In this document: piece after piece, positions 30,488 through 40,862 of the stretch
Position numbering within the stretch: position 1 is the stretch's first letter
Layout: each line of letters begins with the position of its first letter
Assembly: GCA_965205975.1 (NCBI GenBank)
Contig: OZ242195.1
Coordinates: 1,760,001 to 1,824,000, forward strand
Source: Candidatus Latescibacterota bacterium
GTDB lineage: Bacteria > Latescibacterota > UBA2968
DNA: 64,000 nt
Reading direction: 5' to 3'
Translations under genes and position numbers: made by a program
Notes under the pieces: model-generated
What the model saw: the letters and a program-made list of their open reading frames with translations, nothing else
Told to the model about the DNA's origin: nothing
Databases searched by the model: none

Positions 30488-32260
30488 CTTTTTTTCCATA
30501 TTCCGAAATTGCAAATCGCACAACTCGCGATAAAGCCCACCCCGGGCAAACAACGCCCCATGCGTTCCACTCTGCACGATCTCTCCCTGATCCAGCACCA
30601 GAATGCAATCTGCATGTTGTACTGTTGACAACCGATGTGCAATAATAAACGTCGTGCGTCCCGCCATCAACCGTTCCAAAGCCTGTTGCACCTGTGCCTC
30701 TGAAGCCGAATCCAGCGATGAAGTGGCTTCATCCAACAACAAAATGCGCGCATCTCTCAGCAAAGCACGCGCAATCGCAACCCTCTGCCGCTGTCCCCCA
30801 CTCAATTTCACGCCCTTTTCCCCAACCAACGCACCGTACCCCTCCGGCAAATCCACAATAAAATCGTGGGCATTCGCATCTCGGGCTGCCTGCTCGACCT
30901 CATCGTCCGTCGCATCCAATCGCCCATATCGGATATTTTCGCCAATGGAAGTACCGAACAAATCCACATCCTGTGATACCAGCGCAATCTGTTCGCGCAG
31001 CGATACAATCTGCACATCGCGCACATCCACGCCATCCACGCGCACAATCCCAGAAGTCGCATCGTAAAATCTCGGAATCAGATTCATCAGCGTCGTCTTT
31101 CCCGCGCCACTCACCCCCACAAGTGCTATCGTCTGCCCTGGCAAGGTCTCAAATGAAATCCCTTTGAGCACCGGGCGGTCGGGCTGGTATCCAAACCAAA
31201 CATCTTCAAACGCCACAGCACCGCGAACATCTGCAAGCGGAAACGCACTATCACTATCGGCAATCTCCGGTCGCGTATCGAGCAACTCAAAAATGTGTTC
31301 TGACGCACCCACCGCAGAATTTAAAGACGCATAAAGACGCGAAATCCCCATCACAGACCGGGAAATATTCATCGCGTAAAAGATAAACGCCACCAGATCG
31401 CCCGCCGACAAGCGCCCGGCCAGCACCTCTGTGCCCCCATACCAGAAAATCACCACCAGCGCCAGCATAAAAAGAAACGCGATACAAGCCGAAAAAACCG
31501 CTTCCATAATTACGCGATAGCGCGATGTGCGAAACAAATCTTCGTTTGCTTCGCCATATCGCTTCACCTCAAAAACTTCGCGTGCAAACGCCTTGACAAC
31601 CCGCACAGCCGACAGGGCTTCTTCGGCAATCGCCGTCGTATCGCCCAGCCGATCCTGAACCGTGCGAGACAACTCGCGGATGCGCTGTCCAAAATAGCGC
31701 GCCCCAACAGCGGCAACCGGCGCAGCAGCAAACACCACCAGACTCAATCGCCAATTGAGAGCAACCATAGCCGCCACAGAGCCGACAGTCATAATCCCCG
31801 TCATCAAAACCTGCGAAATAGCCCCCGTCGCGGCATTTCTGATGGCCCCCACATCATTGGTTAGACGCGACATGAGTTCGCCCAACCTGTGATCGGCATA
31901 AAAGCGAAGTCCCAAAAGGTGCAAATGCGCGTAAACCTTCTTTCGCAGATCCGTCACCACGCGCTCACCCACCCAGGAAATCCAGTAATGGCTGCCCACA
32001 TGCAAAAGCGACTGAAGCACAAAAAGCACCAGCATGCCAAGCGCCAGCAAATCCAACTGGTGTCTATCCCCCTGCTCGAACACAGAATCCAAAAGCGACC
32101 GCAAGCCCAGCGGAATCATCAGCCACACACCTGAGGAAAACGCGGTAAATACCAGCCCCAGGACGAGCCGCAACAAGTATGGCCGGGCAAAAGCAAAAAT
32201 GCGCTTCCACGCCAGCCACAATGCCACGGGGGAATATGTCTGGCTATTTTTTTCAGTCAT
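30455..32260 (-). CDS. MsbA-like ABC exporter (TMD plus NBD)
   Basis: [35 protein letters not shown]; six-TM N-half. Confidence 0.93.
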   Translation of the reverse strand: MTEKNSQTYSPVALWLAWKRIFAFARPYLLRLVLGLVFTAFSSGVWLMIPLGLRSLLDSVFEQGDRHQLDLLALGMLVLFVLQSLLHVGSHYWISWVGERVVTDLRKKVYAHLHLLGLRFYADHRLGELMSRLTNDVGAIRNAATGAISQVLMTGIMTVGSVAAMVALNWRLSLVVFAAAPVAAVGARYFGQRIRELSRTVQDRLGDTTAIAEEALSAVRVVKAFAREVFEVKRYGEANEDLFRTSRYRVIMEAVFSACIAFLFMLALVVIFWYGGTEVLAGRLSAGDLVAFIFYAMNISRSVMGISRLYASLNSAVGASEHIFELLDTRPEIADSDSAFPLADVRGAVAFEDVWFGYQPDRPVLKGISFETLPGQTIALVGVSGAGKTTLMNLIPRFYDATSGIVRVDGVDVRDVQIVSLREQIALVSQDVDLFGTSIGENIRYGRLDATDDEVEQAARDANAHDFIVDLPEGYGALVGEKGVKLSGGQRQRVAIARALLRDARILLLDEATSSLDSASEAQVQQALERLMAGRTTFIIAHRLSTVQHADCILVLDQGEIVQSGTHGALFARGGLYRELCDLQFRNMEKKQPQMNTDKHG

Positions 32261-33956
32261 TTATTTTCTGCCTCAAAACAGCGGTCTCCTCAACATTCAC
32301 CTCGAGATCAGCCGTAATCGCCACGCCGTAAGCATCTCGCGCAGCTTCAATCGACAACCGCTCCTGTTTAACATCCTCCAGCACCCTTTGGGGATCGCGT
32401 TCAAAAGGTGCCCCATAGCCTCCACCACCCGGAATACGCAATGTCACCGACTGACCGGGTTGGAGATCATAGCGCCCCTTTGGCGGCAAAACAGTGCCAT
32501 CCGACAAAAAAAGTTCGCCGCACCTGCCATCGCGCCCCCCCAAAAAACCGCGCGGTGCATAGCGCGTGCGATCGTACATACACGAATGCAGCGCGGGATG
32601 TTCGGAATCAACAGACAACACCATCTCCTGCCCCAGACCACCCCTAAAAGTACCCGCACCACCAGAATCGGGAATCAACCCGCGCCTGTGCATAATTACC
32701 GGCGACACGGACTCAATCGCTTCGGCAGGCACGCCCTTAATCCCACTGGGAAAAGCCGTCGCCGAAATCCCATCATCGCCGGGACGCGCACCCATACCAC
32801 CCGCGGAAAAAAAGATATACGCAAAGCGTTCACCCGTGCGCCCTATCCCCTCCAACTGCGTATTCCAAAGCCCAGCCGACCCATCGGCAATCACGCGATC
32901 GGGAATCGCCTGAGAAAGTGCCCCAAACAGCGGTTGTGAAAGAAAATGCCCAACGAGGTGCCGCGCGCCCACAGCACATGGAAATTGCGCGTTTAAGATA
33001 CATCCCTCAGGTGCCGTAACTGTTATGGGACGAAAACTGCCTTCATTATTGGGAATATGCGGACTAATGGCGCATTTCAAAGGATAAGTCGTATAAGCAT
33101 GCGTATAATTGTACACCACATTGATCCCGCGATCCACCTGTGGCGATGTGCCCGTATAATCAACTACCAAACTGCGATCTTTAATAATAACTTTTGCGCG
33201 AATAACCAGCGGTCTATCGTACCCATCGAGTTTCACCTCATCCTCATAAACGCCATTTGCAATCTCCGAAATCGCCTCTCGGGTTGCCGATTCTGACCGA
33301 TCCAAAATCAGTGTCGATAACCCTTCGAGATCTGCGAGATCGTAATTTTCCAGTGCCTGAAGCAACTTGACAGCCCCCACATCATTCCCTGCCTGCTGCG
33401 CGTACAAATCGCCGACGACCTGATCTGGCTCGCGCACATTTGCCCGCACAATGGCGATCAAATCGCGATTGATCTCCCCTTCATCAAACAATTTCATAAT
33501 AGGGATATTCAGGCCCTCTTCATACACCTGACGCGCACCGGCTCCCAGCGTACGACCGCCAATATCCATTGCATGGCAGGTATTGGCAAACCACCCCACG
33601 CCCCTGTCCCGGTAAAAAACAGGCGTAACAACCGTAATATCGTGCAAATGCCCCGACCCCAGCCACGGATCATTGGTGAGCAAACTATCGCCGGACTTCA
33701 GCGTATCAATCGGATATGCTTTCACAAAATGCCGCACGCAATTCGCCATTGTATTGATATGCCCCGGCGTCCCCGTCACTGCTTGCGCCAGCATATTACC
33801 CGCGCGGTCAAACACCCCCGCAGACAAATCGCCAGCCTCGCGCACTACCGTTGTAAAAGAAGCATGCATCAGTGCTGCAGCCTGTTCATTCACAATAGAA
33901 ATGAGGCGATTCCAAAGCACTTCCAGCTCAACTGCATCGATCTCGCGCCCCGTCAT
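32253..33956 (-). CDS. Hydantoinase B/oxoprolinase family protein
   Basis: NDPWLGSGHLHD, HAMDIGG, EEGL.IP, DSGGAG..RGG, PGGGGYG. Confidence 0.93.
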   Translation of the reverse strand: MTGREIDAVELEVLWNRLISIVNEQAAALMHASFTTVVREAGDLSAGVFDRAGNMLAQAVTGTPGHINTMANCVRHFVKAYPIDTLKSGDSLLTNDPWLGSGHLHDITVVTPVFYRDRGVGWFANTCHAMDIGGRTLGAGARQVYEEGLNIPIMKLFDEGEINRDLIAIVRANVREPDQVVGDLYAQQAGNDVGAVKLLQALENYDLADLEGLSTLILDRSESATREAISEIANGVYEDEVKLDGYDRPLVIRAKVIIKDRSLVVDYTGTSPQVDRGINVVYNYTHAYTTYPLKCAISPHIPNNEGSFRPITVTAPEGCILNAQFPCAVGARHLVGHFLSQPLFGALSQAIPDRVIADGSAGLWNTQLEGIGRTGERFAYIFFSAGGMGARPGDDGISATAFPSGIKGVPAEAIESVSPVIMHRRGLIPDSGGAGTFRGGLGQEMVLSVDSEHPALHSCMYDRTRYAPRGFLGGRDGRCGELFLSDGTVLPPKGRYDLQPGQSVTLRIPGGGGYGAPFERDPQRVLEDVKQERLSIEAARDAYGVAITADLEVNVEETAVLRQKIND

Positions 33957-33977
33957 ACATCCTCCATATAAAAAATC

Positions 33978-34115
33978 ATCAACGAATCAACGAATCAACG
34001 AATCAACGAATCAACGAATCAACGAATCAACGAATCAACGAATCAACGAACCCCACCCATCCTCCCAAAACCGATATGTATTTCCATTCGTCCATTCGTC
34101 TATTCGTCTATTCGC
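33978..34115. repeat. Perfect 8-bp tandem array (ATCAACGA x9) plus inverted degenerate copies
   Basis: 33978-34050 perfect array; 34085-34115 cattcgtccattcgtctattcgtctattcg is the reverse-complement family and overlaps the hydantoinase A stop. Confidence 0.92.
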
Positions 34116-36196
34116 ACTTTTCCTACATCCTCCCTGATGAGAATCAGATTACCCGTATCATCGACATGCAACACCCATCCGGGCGGCAATACCGTCGTGG
34201 ATTCAACTTCCTCGACAATAGCGGGACCTTGCAAAACAGCCCCCTTTCCGAGCTTGTCTCGCCTGTAAACCGCGGTCTCGTATTTCCCTTTCGAAAAAAG
34301 AACGTCGCGCTGGCCCTCAACCTCCTGACCACCTATGTCCCCAACAGACGCAACATCGCAAATTTCCGGCTCTGGCCCCGAAACCGTCACGCGCCAGTGG
34401 ATGGCCTCAACGGGAACCCCATCGCACAGACGCCTGTATAATTTTTTATAAGACGCATCAAAAGCTGCTTGAAGCGCGTCATCGGAACTTTCAATCAACT
34501 CTCCCAAAGGCACGGGAACGCTTATCTCGTGCCCCTGCCCCACATATCGCATGTCAGCCGTGCGCACCACGCGAATCTCAGAATCATCGATCCCAGCCTC
34601 TCGCATGAGCGCGCGTCCCTCGTCTTCCATCTCGCCATAGAGCTTATTGACAACCTCGCGATCCAATGCGGCAATCCGCGACACAAAACTCCGCACATAA
34701 TCAAAAGCAATGGGCGCGAGCATCAAACCAAAAGCCGACCCAACACCCGCAGCCGGCGGCACAATTACCCGGTCAATCCCCAAACGCATCGCAACGCCGC
34801 ATGCGTGTACAGGCCCGGCTCCACCCGTTGCGACAAGCGCGTACCCATTCAAATCAATCCCGCGCTCAGCAGCGTGAACCCGCGCGGCATTGGCCATATT
34901 TTCATTCACCAAATCGTGAATTCCCTGTGCGGCACGCACGCGATCCAATCCGGTAAAACGCGCAAATTCATCAACCGCATCCGCAGCGCGCCCCGCACTT
35001 AGCTCCATCTGTCCCCCCAAAAAATACCCGGCATTCAAATAGCCCAACAAAAGATCGGCATCCGTCACCGTAGGCAACTGCCCCCCGCGCGCATAACAAG
35101 CAGGACCGGGATCTGCCCCCGCACTTTGCGGCCCAACCGTGGGCAAACCCAATTCACTCGCCTGCGCGATACTGCCCCCACCTGCTCCAATCTCGATCAT
35201 ATCGAGCACGGGCACAAGCAGGGGTAAGCCACTACCGCGCTTGAAGCGATAAACCCTTGCTACTTCTGATTCAGTCGTAATAGGAAACGCCCCATTTTCG
35301 CTCAAAATGGCCTTTGCCGTCGTGCCCCCCATATCAAATGCGAGAATCTGCCGATATCCCGACCGATTGCCATAATGCGCCGCGGCAAGCGCGCCGCCAC
35401 ATGGACCGGATTCTACGAGACGCACGGGAAAACGCACCGCGGTCTGCACAGAACACGACCCGCCGTTTGAAAGCATAATATGCAGCGGTGCCAAAATCCC
35501 CAGTGCCTTTAATCCATCTTCTAAACGCGCGAGATATTTTTCCACCATAGGCTGCACATAAGCATTTGCCACAGTCGTGGAAGTGCGCTCAAATTCTCGA
35601 AGTTCGGCGGCAACCCTGTGCGAAACCGAAATGCCTACATCGGGCATAAGAGAACGCACAATTTCCTCTGCACGACGCTCGTGGTCGGGATTGACATAAG
35701 CGTGTAAAAATACAATGGCGACTGCATCCACCTCGGCTTCGCGCAACACCTCGCAGGCTTTGACCACATCATCTTCGTTTAAAGGCGTCATCACCTCGCC
35801 ACGCGCGTACAGCCGCTCCCGCACCTCAACGCGCAACCGCCTCTCAACGAGAGGCTCGGGCAATTTCAAAAACAAATCGTATATATCGTAACGCCCCTCC
35901 CGCCCAATCTCCAGCGCATCTCGAAAACCCGCCGTCGCAATCAGCCCGGTCTTAGCCCCCCTGCGCTCAATCAGGGCGTTTGTCACCAGTGTCGTGCCGT
36001 GAACCGCCCGGGAAATCGCGCCGGGCGACACCCCATTGAGCACCTCTTTTACACCTTCCAGCACACTGACCGAAGGATCTGGAGACTGCGTCAACACCTT
36101 CGCCACAGACAAAATACCCGAAGTATGTGCTCTCAACACAACATCTGTAAACGTACCGCCGATATCTATTGCAAGTGTGTATGACTCCTCACTCAC
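34100..36196 (-). CDS. Hydantoinase A/oxoprolinase family protein
   Basis: DIGGTFTD, HGTTLVTN, EFERTST, SGP, DMGGTT, GAGGGS, GADPGPACY. Confidence 0.94.
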   Translation of the reverse strand: MSEESYTLAIDIGGTFTDVVLRAHTSGILSVAKVLTQSPDPSVSVLEGVKEVLNGVSPGAISRAVHGTTLVTNALIERRGAKTGLIATAGFRDALEIGREGRYDIYDLFLKLPEPLVERRLRVEVRERLYARGEVMTPLNEDDVVKACEVLREAEVDAVAIVFLHAYVNPDHERRAEEIVRSLMPDVGISVSHRVAAELREFERTSTTVANAYVQPMVEKYLARLEDGLKALGILAPLHIMLSNGGSCSVQTAVRFPVRLVESGPCGGALAAAHYGNRSGYRQILAFDMGGTTAKAILSENGAFPITTESEVARVYRFKRGSGLPLLVPVLDMIEIGAGGGSIAQASELGLPTVGPQSAGADPGPACYARGGQLPTVTDADLLLGYLNAGYFLGGQMELSAGRAADAVDEFARFTGLDRVRAAQGIHDLVNENMANAARVHAAERGIDLNGYALVATGGAGPVHACGVAMRLGIDRVIVPPAAGVGSAFGLMLAPIAFDYVRSFVSRIAALDREVVNKLYGEMEDEGRALMREAGIDDSEIRVVRTADMRYVGQGHEISVPVPLGELIESSDDALQAAFDASYKKLYRRLCDGVPVEAIHWRVTVSGPEPEICDVASVGDIGGQEVEGQRDVLFSKGKYETAVYRRDKLGKGAVLQGPAIVEEVESTTVLPPGWVLHVDDTGNLILIREDVGKVRIDE

Positions 36197-36275
36197 CCTA
36201 ATCTCCTTGTGTATTTATTTTTTTTCATTTCAAAAATAAAGAACAGTTCCTTTACCAACAAAGGCAAAAATGACC

Positions 36276-36304
36276 TTGACAAGCCATGATCCTTTTTGTA
36301 ATTT
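36276..36304 (+). promoter_or_regulatory. Sigma70 promoter of tRNA-Gly
   Basis: TTGACA-17-TAATTT, 17 nt upstream of the tRNA. Confidence 0.65.
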
Positions 36305-36321
36305 TTGGTTCCTCATAATGA

Positions 36322-36398
36322 GCGGGAATAGCTCAGCTGGCTAGAGCATCTGCTTGCCATGCAGAAGGTCGCGGGTTCGAATCCCGTTTCCCGCTCCA
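36322..36398 (+). tRNA. tRNA-Gly (anticodon GCC), CCA encoded
   Basis: GCGGGAA/TTCCCGC acceptor stem, D-arm GCTC/GAGC, anticodon arm TCTGC-TTGCCAT-GCAGA, GGTTCGAATCC T-loop, TCCA end. Confidence 0.97.
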
Positions 36399-36405
36399 TT
36401 AACTC

Positions 36406-36432
36406 AACCCGTTAAATTAACGGGTTTTTTTT
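36406..36432 (+). terminator. Intrinsic terminator after the tRNA
   Basis: aacccgttaa-a-ttaacgggtt followed by a T-run. Confidence 0.8.
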
Positions 36433-36446
36433 GTGGAGCAAACCGC

Positions 36447-37586
36447 TTGTCGTCAGCCTTTGCCCGAGAAATAGCCAACCTGCGCCTGCCTGTGCTTGCC
36501 CTTTGGGCACCTGGACCGCACATGCTCACCCCGGCGGTCCGCAGGGTTTTGCAAACATATCAGGCGACCTATTCTCACCGATCCACTGCATTTCAAGCCC
36601 GCTACCAAAAAACCGTGGATTTGCTGCGCGAGGTCTTTCAAATTCCGCGCGGATTTACCCCGCTCATCTTCGGCCACACCGGCAGCTACAACTGGGAAAT
36701 GGTCGTCACCAACACGCCTTGCAATAGTGCAACATTGGGCATGGACATCGGTGCTTTTTCAAAAAAATGGGCACAGGTTTTCACAAGTCACGGACGCGAC
36801 ATCGACATCTTAAAAGCAGCCTGGGGCGACGGCATCTGCGCTCGGACCTGGTCCAACGCCATTGCAAAAAACTACGACCTCACCCTTTTGACCCACAACG
36901 AAACATCTACCGGTGTTATGCTGCCCATTCAGGAAATGTGTGACACCATCCGCAACACATCTCCCAAAACCCTGATTGCCATCGACGCAGTCAGCATAGC
37001 AGGGGCATCAGATACACCAATTGAGGCCCTGCGCCCCGACTACTATCTCTGGAGCCTGCAAAAAGACTTCGCGTGTCCCACCATCGGCTCTGTCATGATT
37101 GTATCAGACCGCGCGTTTGACATCGCAGCCAACACGCCAAACCGCGGTTATGTCCTCGACTTAATCGAATGGCGAACGCGCGCAAAAACAGCCCAAACCC
37201 CGATGACCGTAGCCGACCTGACCTTACAATGCCTGAGTGCGCGTCTCGAAGAAATGAAACGAGAAGGCGACCAGCGCTTCAAACGCCACCAGAGCCTCGT
37301 CCGCATGCAACGCGAATGGGCAAAAAAACACGACCTGAATCTCATCGCCAAACCGGGATACGAGAGCCTGACCGTAAATGCCATCCTCTTACCAGACCAC
37401 ATCTCGGGTTCCGATTTCGTCGATCACGCAAAAAAATTGCTCAATGTTCAACTCGCCCCGGGCTATGGCGATACCAAAGACAAAGCTTTTCGCATTGCAG
37501 CTATGGGCCACACGTCAGAACGCGATATGCGGCGCGTACTCAAGGGCCTCTCGCTCATCCTCAACAACTGGTCAAAATTCGAGTAA
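36447..37586 (+). CDS. Class V PLP aminotransferase (alanine-glyoxylate/serine-pyruvate type)
   Basis: Probable TTG start after GGAG. PGP, SHRS, HNETSTGV, DAVS, SLQK (PLP lysine), FRIAAMG. Confidence 0.87.
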   Translation: MSSAFAREIANLRLPVLALWAPGPHMLTPAVRRVLQTYQATYSHRSTAFQARYQKTVDLLREVFQIPRGFTPLIFGHTGSYNWEMVVTNTPCNSATLGMDIGAFSKKWAQVFTSHGRDIDILKAAWGDGICARTWSNAIAKNYDLTLLTHNETSTGVMLPIQEMCDTIRNTSPKTLIAIDAVSIAGASDTPIEALRPDYYLWSLQKDFACPTIGSVMIVSDRAFDIAANTPNRGYVLDLIEWRTRAKTAQTPMTVADLTLQCLSARLEEMKREGDQRFKRHQSLVRMQREWAKKHDLNLIAKPGYESLTVNAILLPDHISGSDFVDHAKKLLNVQLAPGYGDTKDKAFRIAAMGHTSERDMRRVLKGLSLILNNWSKFE

Positions 37587-37590
37587 TCCT

Positions 37591-38415
37591 ATGCAAACCC
37601 CCACCTCAATGATCTGTCCAGGCTGTGGGACCCTCATCAATACCGATGAGAAACGATGTCCCCATTGCGGCGCTTATAATCCCAATCTCTGGGGTCTCGG
37701 TCCCGCGCTGAACCGACTTTTTGGCGGTCGCATCGATGTCCTCACCCTGATACCCACCGCGTGTATTGCCCTTTACGCAGTCAGTCTATTGCTCGACCTC
37801 GGCGCCGCGCTGTCTATGGGTGGTGGGCTTTTTGGCATGCTAAGCCCCGGTAATATCCCGCTAATCGTTCTCGGTATGACCCACGGCGAAGCACCCTGGT
37901 GGACAGTACTCACCGCGACATATCTCCACGGCAGCCTCCTCCACATCCTGTTCAACGTCTTGTGGATCCGGCAACTCGGTCCCGAGGTCGGGCAGTTCTT
38001 TGGACCCGCGCGCTATTTTATCATCTACACCGTCGCAGGGGCTATCGGCTTTATCCTCTCCAATCTGATCTCAGGCTACCCAACCGTCGGTGCTTCAGGG
38101 GCTATTTTTGGACTTTTTGCCGCCATCATTGTATATGGCCGCAACCACAAAACGCAGATGATGTCACTCATGACGCGACAGATGTGGCAATGGGCCATCA
38201 TGCTATTCGTCCTGGGCTTTCTCATGAGCGGCGTCAACAACTGGGCGCACCTGGGCGGTTTTATCGGCGGCTGGATCGCAGCACAAATCCTCGTCTCAAG
38301 TGCAGAATACCGCGAAGGACGCATCACCATTCTCATAGCCCTGCTCTGTCTTTTGCTCACTGTCCTCGGCTTTGTCCTCTCAATCTTAGAATACTTCCCA
38401 CTCCTCTTGTCCTGA
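37591..38415 (+). CDS. Rhomboid intramembrane serine protease with N-terminal zinc ribbon
   Basis: CPGC...CPHC; LHGSLLHILFN; GASG; NWAHLGG. Confidence 0.9.
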   Translation: MQTPTSMICPGCGTLINTDEKRCPHCGAYNPNLWGLGPALNRLFGGRIDVLTLIPTACIALYAVSLLLDLGAALSMGGGLFGMLSPGNIPLIVLGMTHGEAPWWTVLTATYLHGSLLHILFNVLWIRQLGPEVGQFFGPARYFIIYTVAGAIGFILSNLISGYPTVGASGAIFGLFAAIIVYGRNHKTQMMSLMTRQMWQWAIMLFVLGFLMSGVNNWAHLGGFIGGWIAAQILVSSAEYREGRITILIALLCLLLTVLGFVLSILEYFPLLLS

Positions 38416-38422
38416 CACAGGC

Positions 38423-40030
38423 CTATCCCCCCAATCGTACATCCACAGGCTCAGGGATCCAAGAAGCAGTAATACCCAGATCACTGTGAATAACCTGTGC
38501 TGCATTATACCCCGGCAACCCAGTCACATTACCGCCGGGATGGCAGCACGCCCCGCAAAGATACAGCCCCTCAAAACATCCCCGATAATGCCCTGCACCG
38601 GGAAAGGGGCGGTTATACCCCGTCTGCCCATTTGTAAACGCACCCACGAGCAAATCCCCCTCCCGCATATTGGGCAATGCGCGTTCAACATCCAGAGGAC
38701 TGCGAACAAAAGAATCGATCACACAATCCTTCAAATTGGGCGCGTATTCAGACCACATATCCAGCATATCGCGACCAACCGCATCCCGCTGGCGATCCCA
38801 GTTTGCAGAATCACCATACAGGTGAAATGGCAACTTCTGCCACATAAACGCCGTGTGTTTTCCCAAAGGAGCCTGTGTGGCGTCAAAATGCGTTGGACAC
38901 GCGCCCCACATCACAGTCGGCGGAATCGTCCCCTTCTCGTGATGGGCAACAATATCCACATATTGATCCGCGTGTTCCAGCCCCAGAATAACCATCAGCG
39001 CATCCGCCACTTCCGGATGTTTTTCCAAAGCCCGATAACGCGGCGATTCATTCAAATTCAAATGGAGCGCGAACAGCGGAGCCAGCTCATTGTACTGAAA
39101 TTTTTCGACCCGGTTTTGCCAGGTTTTGGGCAACGCCTCGCGGTCAATCAAATCGAGAAAGGTCTGATGGGGATTCAGACTGGACACAACCACAGGTGCT
39201 TTGATATACTTGCCATCCACCGTTTCAACACCTCTAACACAATTATCCTCCACCACAATGCGCCCGGGTTCGGTTTGCAACCAGATCTCCCCACCCATAT
39301 CAGAAATAGCAGCAATTAGTGCGCGCGCCAGCCCGGCTGCCCCGCCCACACACATCTGCGCTTTCCCCTTGCTCGCCAGCAAAGCCGGTATATGGTGTCC
39401 AAACCCCGTGGCGCGCAAATCCACTTCGCGCAGCCCATTGAAAAACAACAACCCGGCTCGAATAACCGGGTGTTCAAATTCCCGATTCACAAACTCGTGC
39501 GGAGAAAGCGTACTGACATCGAGCAACATCTTCCCCTCTCGAGTCTGCGACAGAATCTCTTGCCTCTGTTCTTGCGGCAAAGGTGGCGCCTGCGCCTCTA
39601 CAGACAGAATATTTCGTACAACAGGATCAAACGCATCGCGCCATCGCCGAAGTGTCTGTGCATCCCTCTTGCTAAACCGCGCAAAACTATCTTCCGTGCG
39701 TTCAAAATCTGTGTACCATTTCAGCACATCGCCATTTCGCAGCACAAGCGCCACATTCAGTTCGGGTTCAATATAGCGCGCGCCATACCGTTCCAGATGC
39801 AAATCGCCAAACCACGGCATTTGCGTGATAGCGCGATGAAAAAAAGAATGCGTATTGTGCAAAAAACCCGGATAACGGGGGTCTTCAACAGTCGCCAGCC
39901 CGCCTCCGGGTTTATCCGATCGCTCCAGACAAATCACATTGAGTCCTGCGCGACACAAATACGCCTGCAAAATGAGGCCATTGTGCCCGGCACCCAGCAC
40001 AATCGCATCAGTCGTTATATCCTCTCCCAT
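38423..40030 (-). CDS. Phytoene desaturase-like FAD-dependent oxidoreductase (COG1233)
   Basis: GAGHNGL, GLYLCGACCHPGGNVTGLPGYNAA. Confidence 0.88.
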   Translation of the reverse strand: MGEDITTDAIVLGAGHNGLILQAYLCRAGLNVICLERSDKPGGGLATVEDPRYPGFLHNTHSFFHRAITQMPWFGDLHLERYGARYIEPELNVALVLRNGDVLKWYTDFERTEDSFARFSKRDAQTLRRWRDAFDPVVRNILSVEAQAPPLPQEQRQEILSQTREGKMLLDVSTLSPHEFVNREFEHPVIRAGLLFFNGLREVDLRATGFGHHIPALLASKGKAQMCVGGAAGLARALIAAISDMGGEIWLQTEPGRIVVEDNCVRGVETVDGKYIKAPVVVSSLNPHQTFLDLIDREALPKTWQNRVEKFQYNELAPLFALHLNLNESPRYRALEKHPEVADALMVILGLEHADQYVDIVAHHEKGTIPPTVMWGACPTHFDATQAPLGKHTAFMWQKLPFHLYGDSANWDRQRDAVGRDMLDMWSEYAPNLKDCVIDSFVRSPLDVERALPNMREGDLLVGAFTNGQTGYNRPFPGAGHYRGCFEGLYLCGACCHPGGNVTGLPGYNAAQVIHSDLGITASWIPEPVDVRLGG

Positions 40031-40033
40031 ATC

Positions 40034-40852
40034 TCACCAGTAGCGTTCTATATGTATCTGCCCGGGATCTCTCCGCTTGTGCTCCTTAAAGCCCTCTGAA
40101 ATCAAAATTTCTGTCACATCATCGCACATATAGGGATTACCACATACAAACACATGCGTATCTTCCGGTGTGGGATGCCCACCCCAAACCTCATCGAGCG
40201 GGCCATCTGTCCACAAATTCTGCACATAGCCCGTATATCCGCTCCACGCCACATGCTCATTTGCCGGACGGCTAATCTGGGGGATATAAATAAAATTAGC
40301 GCATAAATCTTGCATCATCTCCAACTCTGACCGATATCCCAAATCCCAAGAATGTCGCGCCCCGTGCAACACCACAAATCGCCGCTCTGTGTTTTCCTTC
40401 AAATAAGTCCGCAGCATACTCATATAAGGCGCCAATCCCGTGCCCGTCGCCACCATCACGACATTTTTATTTGGCGGAACATCTTGCAGCGTAAACATAC
40501 CCGTTATTTTTGGTCCCAACCAGAGGCGGTCGCCAATTTCGAGCGCGAATAATCTGGGCGTCAACGCCCCCGACCTCACCAGGGTAATATAAAACTCGAG
40601 GTACTCTGTTGCCACCGAAGAAGATGCAATAGAATACGCCCGCCGGATCAAACCTCTCTGTGGCTTCTCATAATCTTCGACAGGATCTGAATACTCGGTG
40701 CGGGATGCCTCGGGAGGCAATCCGATCACGCCAAATTGCCCAGCCTCAAAAGCTGGCAATTCCCATCCGTCGGGCACAACGCGAAGAATAATCAAATCGG
40801 GGGTCACTTCGAGGCGCTGTGTCACAACGGCATTGAGTTCATCCTTCGGCAA
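40034..40852 (-). CDS. fpr: Ferredoxin--NADP+ reductase (bacterial FPR type)
   Basis: RAYSIAS, GALTPRL, ATGTGLAPY, CGNP, C-terminal ERYW. Confidence 0.9.
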   Translation of the reverse strand: MPKDELNAVVTQRLEVTPDLIILRVVPDGWELPAFEAGQFGVIGLPPEASRTEYSDPVEDYEKPQRGLIRRAYSIASSSVATEYLEFYITLVRSGALTPRLFALEIGDRLWLGPKITGMFTLQDVPPNKNVVMVATGTGLAPYMSMLRTYLKENTERRFVVLHGARHSWDLGYRSELEMMQDLCANFIYIPQISRPANEHVAWSGYTGYVQNLWTDGPLDEVWGGHPTPEDTHVFVCGNPYMCDDVTEILISEGFKEHKRRDPGQIHIERYW

Positions 40853-40862
40853 ACCACCCTCC

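Noticed and set aside
36322..36398. tRNA-Gly as an integration site
   Set aside because: No duplicate of its 3' end and no integrase seen; flanking genes are metabolic
36354..36446. N-terminal extension of the aminotransferase ORF
   Set aside because: Overlaps the tRNA and its terminator; TTG 36447 with GGAG is the better start
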